NCBI GenBank assembly: GCA_043819555.1
Contig: JBDREQ010000001.1
Location: forward strand, 1-64,000
Source of the DNA: Candidatus Zixiibacteriota bacterium
GTDB taxonomy: Bacteria; Zixibacteria; MSB-5A5; GN15; JAAZOE01
Direction of reading: 5' to 3'
Length of the DNA stretch: 64,000 nucleotides
The notes below the pieces were generated by a model, which made no database searches, was not told the origin of the DNA, and saw nothing but the letters and a program-made list of their open reading frames with translations. The position numbers were made by a program, and so were the translations under genes. The first letter of the stretch is position 1. The number at the start of each line of letters is the position of its first letter. Shown here piece by piece: positions 30,647 through 41,003 of this stretch.

Positions 30647-31710
30647 TATTGGGCAATTTTCAAAAATAGGTTTTTCAACTTTAACATATTATCCTGCCAG
30701 ATCGCTTTTTCTTCAATTAAAGAACGATTTATTTGAGCAATATGCGTAATATCTATTTCGCCATTTAAAACTTCCATTAATTTTTCCGTTAACGATGCGA
30801 CATTCCCCGGTTCAAATAAATATCCATTGTATGAATCCGTTATCCATTCCCGGTTGCCGGGGATATCGCTGACGATGGGCAGCAATCCAACCGACATTGC
30901 TTCCAACAAGGCCACGGATGTTGAATCCGATAGAGAGGATGATAAATAAACATCGTAACCTAATAATGATTTTTCAAATTCTTCCCGCGGCAATCTTTGT
31001 TTTAGGCTTATCATTTCGGTAAGATTGAGCTTATTGATCATCATACCGTATTTTCTAATACTTGAATCATCTCCTGACATATCGATTTGAAACTTGTATT
31101 CTCCCTTTAAAGCATCCGCCGCTTTAATTATCGACTCCGGGTCATAGACCGCCTGAAAGCCCCGAGGCGCCAGAATTCGGATGATTTCTTTTTTTCTATA
31201 ATCTTTTTTCACACGATTTTCAAAAAATCCCCGATCAACCCCCATGATAATATTTTCAATTTTTCTTTCCTCGATAAATTCATTGGCGGCGTCAAATAAG
31301 TTTTGCGAATCGACAGTGCAGGTGTGGGCATGGCCAAGCGCCCGTGCCACTCGCCGCCTCTGTATTTGTGATTTTTGAGGGAGTATAAGCAGGTCAGTCC
31401 CCCATGCGGTCACAACCACAGGACAATTATCGGTATGAGAAGCCAGCCAGCCGTAGGAATTCACAAAATGAGCGTTTATAATATCGGGGTTGAATGATTC
31501 CGCGATTTTTCGGAATTGGTTTTTTGCCAATGAATAATCGATTATTCCTCGCCCGGTGGGGCGTCTCCCCTGATATTTAATTTTAGGACTCGAAATTGAT
31601 ATCTCTTCGAGCGAAAACAAACCGACTTCAAAACCATTTTGTTCGAAATAGCGGCACCAGCGTTCAGTATGAATTGAGCGTCCGTCGGATAATACCAGGA
31701 GTTTTCTCAT
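30646..31710 (-). CDS. GT4 family glycosyltransferase
   Basis: SIHT.RW, AHF..SYG, WGTD, SDSTSVALLEAM.G..PIVSDIPGN.E. Confidence 0.9.
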   Translation of the reverse strand: MRKLLVLSDGRSIHTERWCRYFEQNGFEVGLFSLEEISISSPKIKYQGRRPTGRGIIDYSLAKNQFRKIAESFNPDIINAHFVNSYGWLASHTDNCPVVVTAWGTDLLILPQKSQIQRRRVARALGHAHTCTVDSQNLFDAANEFIEERKIENIIMGVDRGFFENRVKKDYRKKEIIRILAPRGFQAVYDPESIIKAADALKGEYKFQIDMSGDDSSIRKYGMMINKLNLTEMISLKQRLPREEFEKSLLGYDVYLSSSLSDSTSVALLEAMSVGLLPIVSDIPGNREWITDSYNGYLFEPGNVASLTEKLMEVLNGEIDITHIAQINRSLIEEKAIWQDNMLKLKNLFLKIAQ

Positions 31711-31711
31711 C

Positions 31712-32665
31712 CTAACGCCCCAACAATTTTCTTAGCTTTGATTTACTGGTTAAAATTGGGTATTTAAATTCGCGTCCGCCCCAACGTTCTTTAAAATATA
31801 TTAATCCTTCGGCATCGACAGGTGATGCGCCCAGATTAACCGACAGCACTCCCCGATTTCGATTAGATTTTATCGCGTTATAAAGGAGACGATAGTCAGG
31901 TCTGTAATTCCTCTTATCGAAATCCGAAACCGCCTGCCAATAATATTGAGTTTTGTTATTGATAAAATGAATTTGCGATCCGACCAGGCGATCTTTGACA
32001 ATTAAGCCGTTCCAATATAGATTATCCGAGTCATGCAGTTTTCCCATAATTGCTTTATAAAATCTCTTTTCATAAAGCGGTCTGGTTCGTCCATGCCTGA
32101 GTTCATTTCTGAGATAAAGAGCGTAGTAATCATCAAGCCATTGATCATTATTAATCCTTATAATATCGCCACCCGCTTCCTCGCCGATTTTGATTTCAGA
32201 TAAAACCTTTTTGGGAGGAGAATATTCATCTTTACTCCCCAGATCGAGGATATGAGTTGATACCGATTTTGAAAAAAAATGGCGGTTATGCCAGAATCCA
32301 ATACTATTGGCGTAATCGACAATAATTGCCTGGGAAAAACTACTATCAGCAAAATAATCCGTTAATCCCTTGGCGAATTCATCCTTTTGGTCACGAAGAA
32401 TTTCTTCCGACCAGAGAACCGCTCCATAGGCTCCATTGGGCATGGAATAAAATGATTTGGCGCCCATCCTCCGCGAGATTATTGCCGGCAGACCGCACAT
32501 TAGGGAATCATTTTCATATCCGCATACGAAAATTCCCCGTCCGGGAATTCCTTTTTCGCAGATATCAACCCAGGGCAAAGTGTGGTAAAAAGAGCCGCGC
32601 CGCGCAAGATTCTCCCAACTCGACTCATCGATATAGCGGCGATCTATAATTCTAATTTCCATCAT
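31712..32665 (-). CDS. GNAT-fold FemAB/Acetyltransf_6-like transferase
   Basis: SFYHT..W, SMP...YG, LG.SP....GL..FK.RWGG signature of two-GNAT-domain FemAB-like proteins. Confidence 0.8.
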   Translation of the reverse strand: MMEIRIIDRRYIDESSWENLARRGSFYHTLPWVDICEKGIPGRGIFVCGYENDSLMCGLPAIISRRMGAKSFYSMPNGAYGAVLWSEEILRDQKDEFAKGLTDYFADSSFSQAIIVDYANSIGFWHNRHFFSKSVSTHILDLGSKDEYSPPKKVLSEIKIGEEAGGDIIRINNDQWLDDYYALYLRNELRHGRTRPLYEKRFYKAIMGKLHDSDNLYWNGLIVKDRLVGSQIHFINNKTQYYWQAVSDFDKRNYRPDYRLLYNAIKSNRNRGVLSVNLGASPVDAEGLIYFKERWGGREFKYPILTSKSKLRKLLGR

Positions 32666-34869
32666 TCGCGGATTAGAAAAATCTTACCCCGTCCCACTTC
32701 ACCGTCGCGGGCGGTGATTGTAAAGAGATATACTCCGGATGCAACGGGTTGACCATTACTATTTAGTCCATCCCAAATACCGGTTACGGCAATCTCACGA
32801 ATCAATTCTCCGGCCAGGGAAAATATTTTTATCCGTGATAATCCGGAATAATTAAAACGCACCGTTTCATCCCCGGTTCGAATAATATACGGATTGGGAT
32901 AGGCGAGTACATTATCGACTTCATCGGCGGCAAGTCTGGCAGGGATAGTCATTCTTGAAATTCCGGCTACCGTCGAAATCCATAGCGCTTTATCTTTTGA
33001 ATCATAAAAGATATCGTTGATCACGTTTGAAACCAATCCTGAGTTTTTCTCGGTCAAATGTTCATAATTCCCAGTCGCAATGTCGCGAATCGCCATACCT
33101 TGCCTGCTGCCGGAATAAAGAGTTCCCTGACCATCAAATCCAATTGCGGTTATTTCGGGTCCAAAATCGACCGGCAATATCTCGTTGGTAAAGATTATTT
33201 CTCCCAGTGATTGATACGATAATCCGAACGAGGTTCCAACCCAGAGCGAATCATACTCATCGACCTTCAAATATCTAATAATATCCGAACCGATTCCGGA
33301 ATTGGCCGATGTGAATTGCCAGGTATAATCGTCGGCGGCATAAAACGGCGAGCCGTTATACAGGCGGGCGAAAACACCATTATTGGCCGAGCCAATATAT
33401 ACCGTTCCCTGCCCACTAGTCAGAGTTTCAACCCATTCGGCCTGAACGCCTCCGGTCAAAATATAATTTTGCCATTGCCCAAGATCATAAGGATTAACAG
33501 CCACCAACTCACCTTCGGCCGCGCGCAAATTGGCAAACCAAATTGCATCCCCGGAAAAATGAATATCGGCTACGACCGTAAACTGAGGAGCTTCGGCTAT
33601 TCCGGATAAAGCGGAATTATTGTAGGTGAAATGAGTTATACTATCGCCCATGATGCGAAAAACGCCATTGCCCCAGGTACCGGCCCAGACATCTTCAAAG
33701 GGACCAACCCCAAGGCAATATATTCCTCCCACGACAGAATCAACTTTCGTCCAAATATCGTTATCAAGATAAGCCAATCCCGCATTCCAGAACGCGCCCC
33801 ATTTTTTTCCCTGAGCTGAGATAATTTGGCGGCAATCATTGGATGGCAAACTGCCGACAGAAAAATGAGTTAATTCATTGCCCTGTTGAAAATAAATTCC
33901 GTTAACTAATCCCCCATGCCAGTAATCACCGTTCATATCAATCATTCCACATGACGAATTGGGTATTGGCGGGCCCGCGGTCGGTAATCCCGAAATCACC
34001 CCGTTAAAATATATAGTGGAACCACGACTACTATTTATCATAAGCGAATCCCCAATGGCCGACATATTATAGACCAAAGGATTGCCGTACAAATTCAGAT
34101 TTATAAATTCGGGAATAGACGGATTAAATTGATAAACTCCGGCCGGAGTACCCACGAATATTCCACCAGTATTGATAGTCAATGCCTTAATTGAATCGGT
34201 TGAGGGACCCGATAAATCAGATGGCAGATATGATGTCCAACCGGTCGGGGCTTTTAGTTGCCTGATATCAAATCGCGATCCCACAGCCAGTCCGGCATCA
34301 GTACCAACCCAGATATTAGTGTCATCAAGCGCGACCTTTCTTACGGGAGTATCTCGGTCGATATCTCCGAAACGACTATATGTATCCAGAACCAGCCCCT
34401 CAGCTAAGTTTTCTCCGGGCAAAAAAAGTATTAATCCAGCGCGGCTGGCCAGCCATAATGAATCCCCCCCGGCAACGCCATCAATATCCTCAATATCAAG
34501 AAGTATGCCATCATTATCGGTAAATAAATATCCATCGGGATATTCCGGATCGGTGAAATTTACAAGACGGCCATGTCCTCCAACCCAAAATCTGTTTATA
34601 TCGTCTACATATAGGCAAAAAAGCTGATTTGTCTGAAGTCCGTCAATATTCGAATAAGTTTCGAATGACATATCCCGGGGATTGATGCGTACCAATCCTC
34701 CGGTGGTAGCGAACCATAAATCATCATTATATATTACAGCGTCTTTGGTATTTCCAAATGACGAATAGGTTGTCCAATCTCTTATTTCAGCCTTCATGTC
34801 AATCGAAAAAAGGCAAATCACCAAGAGCGAGAAAATTACTGTCAGGCAGAGGTTTTTTCTTTTATCCAT
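32662..34869 (-). CDS. PorZ-like secreted beta-propeller protein (two-component-regulator propeller repeats) with Ig-like CTD
   Basis: Signal peptide; W.TY start; repeated LW.GT..GL and NSGL.SN.I..I blades; CTD VLAYPNPY...WDG.N..G..VASGVYLF...GKIFLIR. Confidence 0.75.
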   Translation of the reverse strand: MDKRKNLCLTVIFSLLVICLFSIDMKAEIRDWTTYSSFGNTKDAVIYNDDLWFATTGGLVRINPRDMSFETYSNIDGLQTNQLFCLYVDDINRFWVGGHGRLVNFTDPEYPDGYLFTDNDGILLDIEDIDGVAGGDSLWLASRAGLILFLPGENLAEGLVLDTYSRFGDIDRDTPVRKVALDDTNIWVGTDAGLAVGSRFDIRQLKAPTGWTSYLPSDLSGPSTDSIKALTINTGGIFVGTPAGVYQFNPSIPEFINLNLYGNPLVYNMSAIGDSLMINSSRGSTIYFNGVISGLPTAGPPIPNSSCGMIDMNGDYWHGGLVNGIYFQQGNELTHFSVGSLPSNDCRQIISAQGKKWGAFWNAGLAYLDNDIWTKVDSVVGGIYCLGVGPFEDVWAGTWGNGVFRIMGDSITHFTYNNSALSGIAEAPQFTVVADIHFSGDAIWFANLRAAEGELVAVNPYDLGQWQNYILTGGVQAEWVETLTSGQGTVYIGSANNGVFARLYNGSPFYAADDYTWQFTSANSGIGSDIIRYLKVDEYDSLWVGTSFGLSYQSLGEIIFTNEILPVDFGPEITAIGFDGQGTLYSGSRQGMAIRDIATGNYEHLTEKNSGLVSNVINDIFYDSKDKALWISTVAGISRMTIPARLAADEVDNVLAYPNPYIIRTGDETVRFNYSGLSRIKIFSLAGELIREIAVTGIWDGLNSNGQPVASGVYLFTITARDGEVGRGKIFLIRE

Positions 34870-36389
34870 AGTCCAAATAATATAATGCTCAATAATCCAA
34901 TTAACAACAGGCCAAATTGTCCAAGGAGGGGCCCAGTTTTGTTAAAGACAGTTAATTCTTTTACCGGTTTCAGCCGGCCATGGACAATTGTTTTTTTGTA
35001 CAGATTACTCTTATTGTATATACGCCCAAAATTATCAACAAAATACGAAAAACCACTATTTGCGGCGCGCGCAATATATATATCGTTTTCAATCGCCCGA
35101 AATACGGCCATCCCTGCATGCTGATAAGGACCTGATGAACGTCCATACCATGTATCATTGGTTATATTGACCAGAAAATCAGCGCCATTTCTTACATACT
35201 GATTCACCAGTTCCGGAAAAATCACTTCATAGCATATTAAAACTCCATATCCTCCAAAATCACTTTCATATATAGGAAGCTCTCTCCCATGCTCGAAATC
35301 AGACCAACCCAATGAAAGATTGGCCAGCCACGGGACATATTCGCTATAAGGAACGGTTTCCGCAAACGGGACCAGTTTATTTTTGTGATACGGTTCATCA
35401 TGAGAACCATCGGCGTTGAAATGTATGGCCGCGTTAAATGTTTTTATGCTGTCATTTTCCAATCGAGTGTAATCAAGCGTTCCCACCAGCATTGGCGTTT
35501 CGACTTTCCGAGCAGTTTGCGCGACCATTCGAGTCAGGCGATATTCCGACAGTAAATACGCGGGCGCCGCCGTTTCAGGCCAGACAATTAAATCAGGTTT
35601 GCTCTGCGAGGAATTAATGACAGCTTCAACCGCCAGAGAATCATACAGGAAAAAATTGTAATCCCTATTATCGGGATTCCATTTTTCCTCAATGCTCAAA
35701 CTTCCCTGTAAAACGACGACTTTTATCGGACCTTCATCACTCGGTCCTGTCTGAGATAATATTATCGACCCATATATTGTCGGAAGTCCGATCAGCAGTC
35801 CGACGATAAAAACGTATAACGGTTTTTTATATTTCCAAGCCTGCCAGAGCAAAATATTGACAATGACCAAAATTATTGTAATGCCAGCGTCTCCGGTATA
35901 TTTGCATATCTGAATAAAAGCCGTGTATGCGCTTTGCGTGTAAGACAGGTTTGACCATGGAAAAGCAATTTCAAGTAATGTCCTGAAATACTCAATCCCC
36001 GCCCAGAGAAACGGTAATAAAATAAACGCTACCTTTTTTGACTTTGTATAGAGAGCTGAATACAGAGCGAGCATGAACGCCGAATATAAGGAAATCAGGC
36101 CAATGGCGGCGATTGTTCCCGGGATAGTTACCCATCCAATCCAGTAGAGCGAAAAACAATGATAGAAAAAGAAATAAAAATAGCCCTGCTTAAACGCCGG
36201 CCTAAACGACTTTCCCGATATAATATCCAGAGGTTTAATCAGGGCAATGACTGCCAGAAACCCCAGAGGCAGCGGCGGCCAGGCGGCGGCCAGAAGAGCC
36301 GCGAAAAATAGCAAATATAATCTTTCCTGGCGCAGAGTTAAATCATCAGGCCAGATAGATTTGGCTATATATTGGAAAATCTTCGGCAC
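34842..36389 (-). CDS. lnt: Apolipoprotein N-acyltransferase
   Basis: FPW, VWPETA, K.KLVPF.E, ICYE, NITNDTW, RAANSG (E-K-C triad). Confidence 0.97.
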   Translation of the reverse strand: MPKIFQYIAKSIWPDDLTLRQERLYLLFFAALLAAAWPPLPLGFLAVIALIKPLDIISGKSFRPAFKQGYFYFFFYHCFSLYWIGWVTIPGTIAAIGLISLYSAFMLALYSALYTKSKKVAFILLPFLWAGIEYFRTLLEIAFPWSNLSYTQSAYTAFIQICKYTGDAGITIILVIVNILLWQAWKYKKPLYVFIVGLLIGLPTIYGSIILSQTGPSDEGPIKVVVLQGSLSIEEKWNPDNRDYNFFLYDSLAVEAVINSSQSKPDLIVWPETAAPAYLLSEYRLTRMVAQTARKVETPMLVGTLDYTRLENDSIKTFNAAIHFNADGSHDEPYHKNKLVPFAETVPYSEYVPWLANLSLGWSDFEHGRELPIYESDFGGYGVLICYEVIFPELVNQYVRNGADFLVNITNDTWYGRSSGPYQHAGMAVFRAIENDIYIARAANSGFSYFVDNFGRIYNKSNLYKKTIVHGRLKPVKELTVFNKTGPLLGQFGLLLIGLLSIILFGLWIKEKTSA

Positions 36390-36392
36390 CCG

Positions 36393-37916
36393 CTAAATTA
36401 ACAGCGATTCGCCGTCCATTTCAATTGGTTTTTTTATATTTAATAGCTGAAGGATTGTCGGGGCAATATCGGCCAGTTTTCCCCCCGGTCGTAATTTCGT
36501 GCCTTCAGGTCCGTTTATGAGATAACAGGGAACAAGGTTGGTTGTGTGAGCCGTATGCGGACCGCCGTTTTCAGGATCAACCATCATCTCCGCGTTGCCG
36601 TGATCGGCTGTTAAAATGCCCATCCCGCCTTTTGATATTAGAGTATCAAACACTTTGCCAACACATCCGTCAACTGTCTCAACTGCTTTGATGGCGGCTT
36701 CAATTATACCGGTATGTCCGACCATGTCGCAGTTCGCGAAATTGAGGATAATAACTTCGTACTTGTCGGAATGAATCGCATCAATAACTTTGGAAGTCAC
36801 TTCCGGCGCCGACATTTCCGGCTGCAAATCATAGGTCGCCACTTTTGGCGATGGTATCATTTCCCGGTCTTCACCCGGATATGGCGTCTCGTTGCCGCCG
36901 TTGAAGAAATAAGTCACATGCGCATATTTTTCCGTCTCGGCGATTCGCAATTGCTTGAGGCCGTTCTCAGCGAGTACTTCGCCGAACAGCCGTTTCATCC
37001 TCCGAGGAGGAAAAGCTATCTTAGGAGTTTTCAATTTTTCATCATAGATAGTCATATTGACAAGATTGACTTTGAAATCATTATCGGTATCGAGCGTTGG
37101 CAAAGTCTGATTTCCTTCAAAGACATGATTAAGCTGCCTCACCCGGTCGGCGCGGAAATTGAAAAACAAAGCCAAATCGCCCGACCGCAATTTGCCGGGG
37201 TTATCTCCATCATTCATTACCGCAGGTTTGACGAATTCATCGGTTACTCCAGCCACATACGAGTCTTTTATTGCCTGTACAGGATTATCGACTTTTTTCC
37301 CTTCGCCCAAAACAATAGCTCGATATGCCCGCTCAATCCGCTCCCATCGTTTATCCCGATCCATCCCCCAGTACCGTCCCATAACCGTCGCAATGGAACC
37401 GATTTGATATTTCTCAAACATATTCAGCGCTTGCTGAACAAAACCCGCGCCTGAAGTCGGCGACGTATCCCGACCATCAAGGAAAGCATGCAGATATAAT
37501 TCCGGCACTTTCAAATTCCTGGCCATACGAATCAGCGCATCAAGATGATTCATGGAGCTATGAACGCAGCCATCAGAAACAAGTCCGAACAGATGCACCG
37601 CTTTGCCAGCTTCTGCGGTTTTTCTTATCGATGATACCAAAACCTCATTTTGGAAAAATGATCCATCTTCGATGGATTTATCAATCCGGGTAATATCCTG
37701 ATAAACAACCCGCCCGGCTCCAAGGTTTAGATGCCCAACTTCGCTGTTGCCCATTTGTCCTTCGGGCAATCCCACCGCTAAACCGGAACCGTCAATCGGT
37801 TCGCCGGGCCAGGCGGCAAAGATTTTATCCAGATTCGGCTTCCGAGCCGCCGCAATGGCGTTATTCTCTTTTTCGGAACGGAGTCCGAAACCATCTAAAA
37901 TGCAGAGTAAAAACAT
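36393..37916 (-). CDS. gpmI: 2,3-bisphosphoglycerate-independent phosphoglycerate mutase
   Basis: LDGFG, GNSEVGH, MDRD, NFRADR, AETEKYAHVTYFFNGG, DMVGHTG, ADHGN. Confidence 0.99.
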   Translation of the reverse strand: MFLLCILDGFGLRSEKENNAIAAARKPNLDKIFAAWPGEPIDGSGLAVGLPEGQMGNSEVGHLNLGAGRVVYQDITRIDKSIEDGSFFQNEVLVSSIRKTAEAGKAVHLFGLVSDGCVHSSMNHLDALIRMARNLKVPELYLHAFLDGRDTSPTSGAGFVQQALNMFEKYQIGSIATVMGRYWGMDRDKRWERIERAYRAIVLGEGKKVDNPVQAIKDSYVAGVTDEFVKPAVMNDGDNPGKLRSGDLALFFNFRADRVRQLNHVFEGNQTLPTLDTDNDFKVNLVNMTIYDEKLKTPKIAFPPRRMKRLFGEVLAENGLKQLRIAETEKYAHVTYFFNGGNETPYPGEDREMIPSPKVATYDLQPEMSAPEVTSKVIDAIHSDKYEVIILNFANCDMVGHTGIIEAAIKAVETVDGCVGKVFDTLISKGGMGILTADHGNAEMMVDPENGGPHTAHTTNLVPCYLINGPEGTKLRPGGKLADIAPTILQLLNIKKPIEMDGESLLI

Positions 37917-37964
37917 AATTGAATACTATACGCCTGATAAAATGATTTTTGTGAATCTTTCCCT

Positions 37965-39005
37965 CTATTTAATGCCAACTTCGCGAACGCCCTTTTCAAT
38001 TGCCCCGATTCGATAAAATTCCTGATTAAGATTCGCAAGGACTTCTTCGGTCTTGGTTATATCGGATTTATCGACTACAACAATATACCCTATCCCCATA
38101 TTAAAGGCGTCAAACATATCATTATCAGCCACACCGCCTTGTCTTTGCAGGTATTCAAAAATTGGCAAATTGGGCCAGCTATCTTTTTTCAGAACCGCTT
38201 TAAGATTTTTGGGAATAATCCTGATGAGATTTCCAGCGATACCGCCGCCTGTGATATGCGCCATCCCCTTTATATTGACTTCGTTCATCAACTGAGTAAT
38301 CGACTTTAAATAACTGCGATGAACTTTCAGCAACTCTAGACCGATTTTGCCTTTGATCTCTTCGACATAAGAATCAGCCTGCAACCCGGCTATCTCAAAA
38401 CAAATTTTGCGGGCCAGTGAATATCCGTTGGTATGCAGTCCCACCGACGGCAATCCATAAATAATATTGCCTTCGGTTATCGCTGATCCATCAACAATTT
38501 TATTCCTGTCAACCATACCAACGATAGTTCCGACCAGATCATATTCTCCGGGCTTATAAAAACCTGGAAGCTCGGCCGTTTCTCCTCCCAGAAGAGGCAT
38601 ATTGTTTTCCATGCAGGCAACCGTCAATCCTTCTACTATTTGGGCAATAATTTCCGGTTTTACTACTCCGACTCCCAAATAATCCATGAAAAACAGAGGC
38701 GTCGCTCCCTGCACCAGAATATCATTGACGCCATGATTGACGATGCACTGACCCACGGTATTATGAATCCCGGTCATAAATGCCAGCTTCAATTTTGTCC
38801 CAACGCTGTCGGTCGATGATACCAGAATTGGTTCTTTAAATTTCTCTAGAGGAGGTTTAAATAAACCTCCAAATGAGCCAATATCAGAAAGGACATTTTC
38901 ATTGAAAGTTGCCCGGGCCAGCTTTTTTATTTTGTCCAGCGCTTCATCGGCTGCATGGAGATTAACTCCCGCCGACGCGTAATCGATCTTATTTTTGTTT
39001 TTCAT
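37965..39005 (-). CDS. purM: Phosphoribosylformylglycinamidine cyclo-ligase
   Basis: Y..AGV, GSFGGLF, D.VGTK, GGETAE.PG, G.HTNGYSL, HITGGG, FNMGIG. Confidence 0.98.
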   Translation of the reverse strand: MKNKNKIDYASAGVNLHAADEALDKIKKLARATFNENVLSDIGSFGGLFKPPLEKFKEPILVSSTDSVGTKLKLAFMTGIHNTVGQCIVNHGVNDILVQGATPLFFMDYLGVGVVKPEIIAQIVEGLTVACMENNMPLLGGETAELPGFYKPGEYDLVGTIVGMVDRNKIVDGSAITEGNIIYGLPSVGLHTNGYSLARKICFEIAGLQADSYVEEIKGKIGLELLKVHRSYLKSITQLMNEVNIKGMAHITGGGIAGNLIRIIPKNLKAVLKKDSWPNLPIFEYLQRQGGVADNDMFDAFNMGIGYIVVVDKSDITKTEEVLANLNQEFYRIGAIEKGVREVGIK

Positions 39006-39127
39006 AGTACCGGTCAAGTTAGTCGCGTATGACTGACTTGTCAAGTTAGTAAAATTCCGGAACTGATTAGATTTTTCAAATTTACATATAAGTCGTATAT
39101 TGCATTCAAATGTGTGGGAGGATTTTT

Positions 39128-39955
39128 ATGGCTGATCAAGAAAACGGAAATATTACTGAGTTTGAACACTGCCGCCGAACTTATACTCTGCCGGAGATTT
39201 ATGACATCGCTTTTGATTTTCGTGATGTCCCTGAAGAAGTCGATTTTCTTTTGGGAACTGCCGAGAATTACCTTGGTCGGAAAGTAAGATCAGCCATTGA
39301 GATGGCTTGCGGGCCGGCCTATCATACCCGTGAATTGGCTCGTCGGGGCATTATTTCAGACGGTTTGGATATCGAACTGGCTATGGTAAAATATACTCAG
39401 GATTTAATCTCCAAAGAAAATATCCGGGCCGACATTTTTGAAGGCGACATGCGTTTTTATAGGAGCGAAAAAAAATATGATTTGGTTTATATGCTCATGG
39501 CATCGTTCGCTCAACTTCTAACCAATAAAGATATAATCGATAATTTCAAATGCGCCGCCGATTTATTATCTGATGGAGGCATCTATATTATTTCCACGGC
39601 TCACCCCCGCGATTTTTATGGCGATGAAAAATCGACTACGAAAAACAGCTGGGAAATGACTCGCGGCGATATTAGCGTTAAGACTAATTGGGGCGGAGAT
39701 AACCAGAAGTTTGACGCTTTGACTGAAATCGATGATATCATCATATCGTTTGATGTAACCTCAACGGAAAGGAAAAAACGATATGAATTCCCTGATCGTT
39801 ATCGGCGGTGCTCGATTAAGACATTCGAAGCATTGGTTGAGCTTTCGGGCAGATTTGAAATAGTAGATTGTTTTGGAGCTTTGGACAAGAACATAAAACT
39901 ATCAAACGCTTCCGAATGTTGGCGGTTTGTCCCTGTTTTGCGCAAATTGAAATAA
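39128..39955 (+). CDS. Class I SAM-dependent methyltransferase
   Basis: EMACGPA motif I, GLDI, GDMR. Start could also be 39110. Confidence 0.85.
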   Translation: MADQENGNITEFEHCRRTYTLPEIYDIAFDFRDVPEEVDFLLGTAENYLGRKVRSAIEMACGPAYHTRELARRGIISDGLDIELAMVKYTQDLISKENIRADIFEGDMRFYRSEKKYDLVYMLMASFAQLLTNKDIIDNFKCAADLLSDGGIYIISTAHPRDFYGDEKSTTKNSWEMTRGDISVKTNWGGDNQKFDALTEIDDIIISFDVTSTERKKRYEFPDRYRRCSIKTFEALVELSGRFEIVDCFGALDKNIKLSNASECWRFVPVLRKLK

Positions 39956-39960
39956 AAAAT

Positions 39961-40947
39961 TCAAGCCGCGCAGTACTCCTGCAAATATTTCAGTAACCTA
40001 TCCATATTTTCAGGCAGCTTGCTTGAAACCGATATTTTTTCATTAGTGATCGGATGAATAAATTCAAGCGATTTGGCATGCAGAGCCTGTCGGTCAATCA
40101 GGGACAGCAAATGTTTTCCCATTTTTCTATGTGATGGGTCTATGCCACTTAGCCATTTTTGCCGGCCGCCATAATCCGGATCCCCCAGCACCGGTCGATT
40201 AAAATGAGCCAGGTGAACTCGTATTTGATGGGTTCGTCCTGTCTCCAGCTTGATCTCGATAAAATCATTTATCAGAAAACGTTGGAGTACCTTATAATGA
40301 GTAATCGCGTTTCGGGATTTTAGATTTGTCACTGTCATTTTTTTGCGATCTCGCAAGGACCGGCCAATGGGGAGTTCTATCGTACCTTCTTGTTCTGGCA
40401 TGTGGCCACAAGTTATCGCGTGATATATTTTTTCAACTTCCCGTTCCGCAAATTGTTCCCTGAGCTTCCGGGCGGATAGGTCATCTTTGGCGATTATAAT
40501 TAATCCCGAAGTATCCTTATCAAGGCGATGGATGATTCCGGGACGGTCGATTGAATCATTATCGGAAAGTTCCTTGAAATGGTACAGCAAAGCATTCACC
40601 AGAGTATTTGATTTGTTGCCAGCTCCGGGATGAACAACCATTCCCGCCGGCTTATTGACAACGGCCAGATGTTCATCATTATAGACGATATCAAGATGAA
40701 TATTTTCGGGGATCAAATCCATTTTTTCCGGGGGAGGGATTTGAATAATAATCGTTTCGCCGCCTTTTAATTTATGATTTTTCGAAACGACTTTATCATT
40801 GACTCGGACTTTCTCTGAATTAATCAGATTTTGTATATAGGCTCGCGATAATTGCAAATCTTCCCGAGATGCCAGATATTTATCCAATCTTTGAGGTTTG
40901 GACAATTCTGGTGTGGTGAATTTTTTGATTTCTTTTGATTGACCCAT
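39961..40947 (-). CDS. rluD: RluA-family pseudouridine synthase with S4 domain (RluD-like)
   Basis: RLDKYL S4 domain, NKPAGMVVHP, HRLDKDTSG, TGRTHQIRVH, RQALHA. Confidence 0.92.
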   Translation of the reverse strand: MGQSKEIKKFTTPELSKPQRLDKYLASREDLQLSRAYIQNLINSEKVRVNDKVVSKNHKLKGGETIIIQIPPPEKMDLIPENIHLDIVYNDEHLAVVNKPAGMVVHPGAGNKSNTLVNALLYHFKELSDNDSIDRPGIIHRLDKDTSGLIIIAKDDLSARKLREQFAEREVEKIYHAITCGHMPEQEGTIELPIGRSLRDRKKMTVTNLKSRNAITHYKVLQRFLINDFIEIKLETGRTHQIRVHLAHFNRPVLGDPDYGGRQKWLSGIDPSHRKMGKHLLSLIDRQALHAKSLEFIHPITNEKISVSSKLPENMDRLLKYLQEYCAA

Positions 40948-41003
40948 ATTTGGAAGATATTAATTACCGTACACCCAAGGCAAGGAATTATAAATATAAA
41001 GAA

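Noticed and set aside
36714..37454. 246-aa plus-strand ORF inside gpmI
   Set aside because: Antisense shadow; no RBS or domain signal.
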